Source: Paranoxybacillus vitaminiphilus (lineage in GTDB: Bacteria > Bacillota > Bacilli > Bacillales > Anoxybacillaceae). From it: a stretch of 40,000 bases of DNA. This document shows positions 34,199 through 40,000 of this stretch, piece by piece (positions within the stretch are counted from its first letter, which is position 1; every line of letters begins with the position of its first letter). A program made the translations under genes and the position numbers. The stretch covers positions 54,628 through 94,627 of the forward strand of contig NZ_QLMH01000003.1 of the NCBI RefSeq assembly GCF_003259935.1. The letters are read 5' to 3'. The notes below the pieces were generated by a model that saw only the letters and a list, made by a program, of their open reading frames with translations, had not been told where the DNA came from and ran no database searches.

Positions 34199-34738
34199 TC
34201 ATAATAAGGAATGTATGCTGTTAAAAGATAAAATACCAATCATTGTTCCAAGCAGGCAACCCGCAAGGACATCAGACGGATAATGCAGTCCTAAATAAAT
34301 TCTTGAAAGAGCGACACTAATGGCAAGGGGTAGAAGCAAAAAAGATAAGTGTGGAAAGGCTAACAAAAATGGGACTACCACTGAGAATACAGCTGTTGTA
34401 TGTCCGGATGGAAAGGAATGGTCTTTCAACGGGTTTTGTAATACTTTTGTTTCATCTAATATTAAATATGGTCTTTGACGAGGATAGAGGCGTTTCATGA
34501 TGGCAACAGGGATATGACTCAGCGTTAAGGCACAAGCGCTTGCAACAGCGGTCATGCGCCAAGCTTGAGGGAATAGAAATATACCTAATATTACTGTTAA
34601 AATCGAAAAAACCGCCCCGCCAATATGGGTAATATAACGGAAATAGAGATTTAAAAACTTGCGATCAAAATGACGGTTGATACTGCGGAAAATGCGACAT
34701 TCTAAATCGTAAACATGATTCAGAAATTTTGTCATCAT
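34199..34738 (-). CDS. PAP2-family membrane phosphatase (undecaprenyl-diphosphate / phosphatidate phosphatase-like)
   Basis: KxxxxxxRP-like RLYPRQRP, then SFPSGHT and SRIYLGLHYPSDV, the three PAP2 motifs. Multiple TM segments. AAGGAG lies 8 nt upstream. Confidence 0.87.
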   Translation of the reverse strand: MMTKFLNHVYDLECRIFRSINRHFDRKFLNLYFRYITHIGGAVFSILTVILGIFLFPQAWRMTAVASACALTLSHIPVAIMKRLYPRQRPYLILDETKVLQNPLKDHSFPSGHTTAVFSVVVPFLLAFPHLSFLLLPLAISVALSRIYLGLHYPSDVLAGCLLGTMIGILSFNSIHSLL

Positions 34739-34837
34739 TGCTCATACTCCTTTTTAGAAAATACTCATTTATATAGTAAAACAATAATGTTTAGATAATA
34801 CGAATTTACTGTAAAAATTGTAAGCGGTTTGTTTAAC

Positions 34838-34872
34838 AAAAAAACCACGCTTCATTAATGAGCGCGGTTTTT
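34838..34872 (-). terminator. Terminator downstream of ytoA (bidirectional in appearance)
   Basis: ACCACGCTTCA / TGAGCGCGGT imperfect stem, flanked by AAAAAAA and TTTTT. Confidence 0.55.
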
Positions 34873-34878
34873 GTATGA

Positions 34879-35394
34879 TTATTTTTGCTGCAATGATTTA
34901 TAATATTGCCCTTTCTCCGCATATTCGCGGCATACCCGTTCCATTTCACGTTTATCTTCTTCTGTTAGTTCGCGAATGACTTTGGCTGGACGGCCAAAAG
35001 CAAGTGTATATGGGGGGATTTTTTTTCCTTGAGGAACGAGACTGCCGGCACCAATAAATGCACCTTCGCCAATTTCTGCTCCGTCTAAAATAATCGAACC
35101 CATACCGATTAATGCATTTTTTCTAATAATGGAACTGTGTAAAATCACTTGATGACCGACAGTTACATCGTCTTCAATAATAAGTGGATGATTTGGACTT
35201 TGGTGTAAAACCGAGTTATCTTGAATATTGACGCGGTTGCCGATGATGGTTGGCGCCACATCGCCGCGAATCACCGTATTAAACCAAATGCTTGTTTCTT
35301 CACCGATTGTGACATCGCCAGTGATGGTGACATAATCGGCAATAAAGGCGGAATCAGCAATTTTCGGGTATTTACCTTTGTAAGGATAAATCAT
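34879..35394 (-). CDS. ytoA: Gamma-carbonic-anhydrase-like / hexapeptide-repeat (LbH) protein
   Basis: 171 aa. IADSAFIADYVTITGDVTIGEETSIWFNTVIRGD and left-handed beta-helix repeats. YtoA-like position next to ytpA. Confidence 0.88.
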   Translation of the reverse strand: MIYPYKGKYPKIADSAFIADYVTITGDVTIGEETSIWFNTVIRGDVAPTIIGNRVNIQDNSVLHQSPNHPLIIEDDVTVGHQVILHSSIIRKNALIGMGSIILDGAEIGEGAFIGAGSLVPQGKKIPPYTLAFGRPAKVIRELTEEDKREMERVCREYAEKGQYYKSLQQK

Positions 35395-35505
35395 CGTTTC
35401 CTTTCCTTTCCTTTCGTTATAATTGACCGATTATATTTTAATTTTAATATAATTTTACAAATTTTTCGGCGATTCGTAAAGTTAATATTTAGGAGGAGAT
35501 TCGTT

Positions 35506-36297
35506 ATGTGGAAATGGGAAGCGGACAATGCAAAAGGAACCGTTGTCATTGTTCACGGTGCTGCTGAGCATCACGGACGTTACAAGTGGCTAATTGAAAT
35601 GTGGCGTTCAAATGGATATCACGTTGTGATGGGAGATTTACCGGGGCAAGGAACAAAGACAAGGCGAAAACGAGGACATATTGAATCATTTGACGAATAT
35701 ATAAATGAAGCTGCTGATTGGGTAGAGGCGGCTAAAGCATTTCATTTGCCGATTTTCCTTCTTGGGCATAGTATGGGAGGGCTTGTCGTTATTCGAACAT
35801 TGCAAGAAAAACGATTGCCTGTTAAAGGGGTCATTCTTTCCTCTCCATGTTTAGGGTTAGTCACTTATCCATCCAAATCGCTTGATTTACTTTCAAGGGT
35901 GTTAAATTATATAATGCCATCCATGTTATTCGATTCCGGTTTATCGGTTGAATTGGCGACGAGAAATAAAGAAGTTCATGAAATGGATAAAAATGATTCA
36001 CTATACGTAACAAAAGTATCGGTTCGCTGGTATCGTGAGCTCATCAAAGCAATGCAGCTAGCTTATCGAAATATTGACAGATTTCCTGATATTCCGTTGT
36101 TGCTCATGCAAGGTGGAGACGATAAAATTGTTGATAAAGCCGTTGTAAAAGAATGGTTTGACCAGCTGCCAATAACAGAAAAAGTATACAAAGAGTGGAA
36201 CAAACTGTACCATGAAATTTTTAACGAACCGGAACGTGATCATGTGTTTTTGTATGCAAAAACATTTTTAGATACACAGTTGCAATTGCATCGATAA
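35506..36297 (+). CDS. ytpA: Alpha/beta hydrolase, lysophospholipase (YtpA-like)
   Basis: HGAAEHHGRY, GHSMGG nucleophile elbow and LYHEIFNE. AGGAGG lies upstream of ATG 35506. The track start at 35221 is an artefactual extension over ytoA. Confidence 0.85.
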   Translation: MWKWEADNAKGTVVIVHGAAEHHGRYKWLIEMWRSNGYHVVMGDLPGQGTKTRRKRGHIESFDEYINEAADWVEAAKAFHLPIFLLGHSMGGLVVIRTLQEKRLPVKGVILSSPCLGLVTYPSKSLDLLSRVLNYIMPSMLFDSGLSVELATRNKEVHEMDKNDSLYVTKVSVRWYRELIKAMQLAYRNIDRFPDIPLLLMQGGDDKIVDKAVVKEWFDQLPITEKVYKEWNKLYHEIFNEPERDHVFLYAKTFLDTQLQLHR

Positions 36298-36378
36298 AAG
36301 TTTCTTTAAAAGATGCGGTGTAACGCCTATAGAACAAAAACTGAAGTTATTGCACCAAACGTAGCTGAGGTGAGCTTT

Positions 36379-37458
36379 TTGAGAATCCCTACCCATCCGA
36401 TTAGTTTAATGAAAAAAGTATATCTCGATGTATTTCCGATTGTACATCGCGAGTTAGCATACTGGAAGCAAAAAGCCGAAGTCATTCCTGATGCGGAACT
36501 GCGGAAACAGGCGCTGGCAAGCATTCACACAAAAGCATTTCACTGTGAAGGGGGAGCGATTCTTTCCATATTGGCAGAAGCGGATATGGAGGAATGCATT
36601 CGTTTTATCGTCGCTTATCAAACGATTAGCGATTATCTTGATAACTTATGCGATCGAAGTACGTCGCTAGACCCTCTCGATTTCCGCGCTCTCCATGACT
36701 CAATGCCGGACGCTTTATGCATAGACGCGAAAGTAACAAATTATTATCGGTATCGCCAAGAACAAGATGATGGCGGCTACCTTCACGAGCTTGTACAAAC
36801 ATGCCAAGATGTATTAAAAAAAGTAAAGCATTATGAAAAAATTGTGCCATTTTTGCAGGAGTTAGCTAGTTATTATTGTGATTTACAGGTACATAAACAC
36901 GTGAAAGTGGACGAGCGTGTACAGCGGCTTGAACAATGGTTTCGCCAATATAAAGATCATCTTCCGCCGATGGAATGGTATGAGTTTTCCGCATGTTCCG
37001 GCTCTACGCTAGGTATTTTCTGTTTAGTGGCCTATGCTTTTACTGAAAAGTTTGATGAAGAAATGGCATTAAAAGTACGCAACGGTTATTTTCCATATAT
37101 TCAAGGATTACATATTTTGCTCGATTATTTCATTGATCAAGAGGAAGACCGGTTAGGCGGAGATTTAAACTTTTGTTTCTATTATCCGCATCATTCTTCG
37201 TTGCTGGAGCGATTGCGCCATTTTATTGAAGAAGCGGATAAACATACCGCTGGATTGCCAAATGAACAATTCCATCGCCTTATTAACCGCGGTTTGCTAG
37301 GTGTATATTTATCTGATGAAAAAGTACAGCAACAAAAGGAGGTAAAGAAACTAGCCAAGCAGCTAATTAAATATGGCGGGCAAATTTCTTACTTCTTCTA
37401 CTTAAACGGTCGGGTGTATCGGACGTGGCAGAAAATTTATCAACTGTTTGCAAAATAA
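36379..37458 (+). CDS. ytpB: Tetraprenyl-beta-curcumene synthase (YtpB, DUF2600)
   Basis: FIVAYQTISDYLDNLCDRSTSLDP and ILLDYFIDQEED motifs as in B. subtilis YtpB. Start inferred at TTG 36379 after GAGGTGAG (uncertain; the track starts at 36313). Confidence 0.8.
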   Translation: MRIPTHPISLMKKVYLDVFPIVHRELAYWKQKAEVIPDAELRKQALASIHTKAFHCEGGAILSILAEADMEECIRFIVAYQTISDYLDNLCDRSTSLDPLDFRALHDSMPDALCIDAKVTNYYRYRQEQDDGGYLHELVQTCQDVLKKVKHYEKIVPFLQELASYYCDLQVHKHVKVDERVQRLEQWFRQYKDHLPPMEWYEFSACSGSTLGIFCLVAYAFTEKFDEEMALKVRNGYFPYIQGLHILLDYFIDQEEDRLGGDLNFCFYYPHHSSLLERLRHFIEEADKHTAGLPNEQFHRLINRGLLGVYLSDEKVQQQKEVKKLAKQLIKYGGQISYFFYLNGRVYRTWQKIYQLFAK

Positions 37459-37585
37459 AAAGGGGCTGACCCCATAAGTGTCTGACCTCACGCGTATTTC
37501 ACAATATAGTTCATTTATCTAATGTGATGTCCTACATATTGTGTTGCGGGGTCTGACACTTGGCTTTTAGGTCAGCCTCTTTTTG
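37457..37585. repeat. About 130-bp nested-palindrome element acting as the ytpB terminator (family copy B)
   Basis: AAAAGGGGCTGACC..AAGTGTCTGACCTCACGCG ... CGCGGGGTCTGACACTT..GGTCAGCCTCTTTTT. The outer and inner arm motifs match those of the element at 34068-34170. Confidence 0.72.
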
Positions 37586-37778
37586 ATTGTCGTCGTTTAT
37601 AATTAGCTTCCTCATTTATTAAGTAATATTCAAACAATATCGTTCAACAATAGAAGTTGAAAAAGCGTCCAAAATCGCAAAGTTAAAGGGTAGTCTCGAA
37701 CATTGGACAAATCGTGAAGTGAAAAAAATGAATTCTTACTTACACTAAAGTTGAAATTTTATTTCATTTATTGCTTTG

Positions 37779-37997
37779 TTATTGCTGTGGTTGATTTTGA
37801 TTATACTGTGGTTCTTCTTGCAGAATTTGTTGCATACGTTGATTCACTTGATCAATGATTTGTTGAGTTTGTTGTGCCGCTTGCTGATACATTTGTTTTG
37901 ATTGCTGGTTATCAGTTTGCAGAGCAAACGTTTCAAAACTTGCCTGGGCGCTTTTTAAACCTGCTAAAGTTTGTTGAACTTGAGTTCCAACTGTCAT
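37779..37997 (-). CDS. DUF1657-family small glutamine-rich protein (spore-associated family)
   Basis: MTVGTQVQQTLAGLKSAQASFETFALQTDNQQSKQMYQQAAQQ. AAGGAGG lies 8 nt upstream of ATG 37997 (the track start at 38027 is too long). Confidence 0.75.
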   Translation of the reverse strand: MTVGTQVQQTLAGLKSAQASFETFALQTDNQQSKQMYQQAAQQTQQIIDQVNQRMQQILQEEPQYNQNQPQQ

Positions 37998-38318
37998 TGA
38001 TTGTTTCCTCCTTGTAATAGTACACATCCATTAAATTGGACTTAAATTTAAGAAATTATAACAGGTAATAATTTAAAAATATAAAGGGAAGATGGAATCA
38101 TTCCGTCAACATACTTTGGCTATTATTCCCCCATTATCTAATCTCTGAACACATCATAAACTCCGTGTATCTGTAACATACTTTACTTAATCTAATAAAA
38201 CGAGGGGAAAATAATCATGAAGAAAGTGATTTAAAAACGATAAATAAAAAAATAAATAATGAACATAATGTAAAAAGTCAGTACTAACTCTCTTTTTTGT
38301 GTGCAAAAGGAGGTAAAT

Positions 38319-38942
38319 ATGGAAAATCGAGTTTTTTATATTGCCCTAGGAGATTCCCTCACTGCCGGAGTAGGTGCTTCTGCACATGAACGGTCATTTG
38401 CGGCTAGTTTTTTTCAATCGATAAAACAAACGAAAGAGTGCCGATACATGAATTTTGGTAAGTCAGGGAGAAGCAGCGGGGAATTGCTGCAATTTCTTAC
38501 TGATTCTCAAATCCGCGACTTATTGAAGAGGGCTACCCATATTACGATTACAACAGGTGGAATCGATTTGATTCGTGCTTATGAGAATAACGTTCATTTA
38601 TTAGGATACATTAGTACGATCCAAACGTTAAAACAAAATTTACAACATATATTACACACTATAACTGAAACAAACCGAAATACTCATATATTCCTGATGG
38701 GGCTTTATAATCCTGGTACCCCGGATCATAAATTATATCAACTGGCCAATCAATTCATTCAAAGGATAAACCAAGTTTATGAAGAGACAGCAAAGGATTT
38801 TAATGTACATGCCATTAACCCTATTGATTCTTTTTTAAACAAACCTTACCTATTGGCAGACGAAGTTCATCCTAATGATTTAGGATACAAGGTCATAGCC
38901 GATTTGTTTCTAAGTAAACAAAAGTTGTCAGTTTCTACGTAA
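38319..38942 (+). CDS. SGNH/GDSL-family hydrolase
   Basis: Block I FYIALGDSLTAGVG and block V DEVHPN. AAAGGAGG precedes ATG 38319. Confidence 0.85.
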   Translation: MENRVFYIALGDSLTAGVGASAHERSFAASFFQSIKQTKECRYMNFGKSGRSSGELLQFLTDSQIRDLLKRATHITITTGGIDLIRAYENNVHLLGYISTIQTLKQNLQHILHTITETNRNTHIFLMGLYNPGTPDHKLYQLANQFIQRINQVYEETAKDFNVHAINPIDSFLNKPYLLADEVHPNDLGYKVIADLFLSKQKLSVST

Positions 38943-39248
38943 TTATCTAGTGTAAGCTGCCTTTAACGAAGCATTTAGTGAATTCACAATAGGATTCTCA
39001 GTACAAAAAACTGTATTGTACTAAAAATGACGGACCTGTCCAGTATATCCTGTAGTACTTTCTTCAATCATATTATGTGTTGCACATTTCAGAACTTAAC
39101 TGGTTTCCTTTAGAGTCTCTAATAAGAAAGTCAATAACACTTTATTAGCACTTGACCAATTGTTTGGCTATTTGCTCATAAAGTGTCCAGCGAATGTGGT
39201 GCTATTATCAGCAAAATAGCAAAGATGATTTAGTAAGGGGGGTCATTC

Positions 39249-40000
39249 GTGAGTAAGAAAGTATTAATCCTATCAGAAGCCGTTGGCAGTGGTCATACAA
39301 AAGCTGCGGAAGCGTTGATGCAAGGAGTTTCTTATCTTGCTCCTTCCATCCAAACGAAAATTTTAGAGGCAGGGCAAACACTCCATCCTCTTTCCGCAAG
39401 GCTGTTGTTTAATACTTATCTTAAAATAATCGTCCGCTCTCCTTCATTGTGGGGAAAAATGTATCGCTATAAACAAACCGAGCCTCTTTCTAATTGGAAA
39501 AAATTTATCATTTATCAACTATTTCACCGACAAATTGAAGTTCTTCTTCATGAGGAAAACCCTCACCTTATTATTTGCACTCATCCATTTACCAGCTCAT
39601 CTGTAGCCAGACTAAAGAGGATGGGTTATAGGTTTACTCTTTGCTCGGTGATCACTGATTTTCATGTTCATGGGGCATGGGTTCATCGAGAGGTAGATGT
39701 ATATTTCGTATCGAGTGAGGATACGTATCATCAATTAATCAATATGGGAATTCCAAAAAAACGCATTGTAGTAACGGGCTTGCCAATAAGGTCGAATTTT
39801 TGGATAAAGAAAAACAAACAGGAAATGCGGAAAAAATTAAAATTAAAAAATATTCCTACTGTCATCATCATGGGAGGAGGATTAGGATTAGGCGGAATCC
39901 AGCCAATTGCCCATGCTCTTTTAAAATGGAAAGAAAAAATTCAGGTCATCATATGTACTGGATTCAACAAAACACTAAAAACCGCATTGTTAAGAGATGA
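39249..40000 (+). CDS. MGDG-synthase / UgtP-like diacylglycerol glycosyltransferase (GT28 family), 5' partial. This ORF is absent from the supplied ORF track.
   Basis: Hand translation from GTG 39249 is open to the window end: VSKKVLILSEAVGSGHTKAAEALMQGV...ICTHPFTSS...SVITDFHVHGAWVHREVDVYFV...VIIMGGGLGLGG. GGGGGG/RBS-like sequence lies upstream. Confidence 0.8.
   Translation, partial: MSKKVLILSEAVGSGHTKAAEALMQGVSYLAPSIQTKILEAGQTLHPLSARLLFNTYLKIIVRSPSLWGKMYRYKQTEPLSNWKKFIIYQLFHRQIEVLLHEENPHLIICTHPFTSSSVARLKRMGYRFTLCSVITDFHVHGAWVHREVDVYFVSSEDTYHQLINMGIPKKRIVVTGLPIRSNFWIKKNKQEMRKKLKLKNIPTVIIMGGGLGLGGIQPIAHALLKWKEKIQVIICTGFNKTLKTALLRD

Noticed and set aside
39208-39399. 63-aa minus-strand ORF, and the 66-aa + strand ORF at 39800..40000
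   Set aside because: Both overlap, antisense or out of frame, the long glycosyltransferase frame starting at 39249. Neither has recognisable motifs.

Overview
The window has two parts. (1) nt 1 to ~28,700 is the right-hand part of an integrated temperate prophage with a contractile tail, all on the + strand. Its order is: replication module (VirE-type primase/helicase, a GTATAC iteron-like array, VRR-NUC nuclease, SNF2 helicase); an ArpU/RinA-like late regulator; a short region dense in terminators and small ORFs; then terS, terL, an SPP1-type portal, MuF, scaffold, capsid and head-tail joining genes. These are followed by a PBSX-like tail (sheath, tube, XkdN-type chaperone with a -1 frameshift, tape measure, LysM protein, XkdQ/R/S-like proteins, baseplate J, fibres, XkdX), holin plus amidase, and a terminal AbrB-like moron. 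The integrase and lysogeny end lies outside the window. (2) nt ~28,650 to 40,000 is ordinary Bacillaceae core chromosome with B. subtilis-like synteny: a truncated ytlA-like binding lipoprotein, ytmA, ytmB, pckA, S-box riboswitch plus metK, a PAP2 phosphatase, ytoA, ytpA, ytpB, a DUF1657 protein, an SGNH hydrolase and a partial MGDG-synthase-like glycosyltransferase. Gene order, the moderate GC and the GC-rich intergenic repeat suggest a thermophilic Bacillaceae host (Anoxybacillus/Geobacillus-like). That is inference only. Items most worth follow-up: a MuF protein with a C-terminal toxin-like extension, an overlapping acidic immunity-like ORF and its own terminator; a near-full-length AbrB paralogue with its own promoter and terminator at the prophage end; nine GTATAC(T/C)TT motifs in about 160 bp after the primase gene (candidate phage origin or operator); prophage insertion inside a transporter lipoprotein gene; an abrupt AT-rich swap covering the tail-fibre C-terminus (beta-propeller-like) plus two downstream genes; a 31-bp perfect palindrome and three terminators just upstream of terS; a perfect 118-bp GC-rich tandem repeat between ytmB and pckA; and a nested-palindrome element family at the 3' ends of metK and ytpB. 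All family assignments come from reading the translations, since no database search was possible. I found no obviously complete novel multi-gene system such as a defence island.
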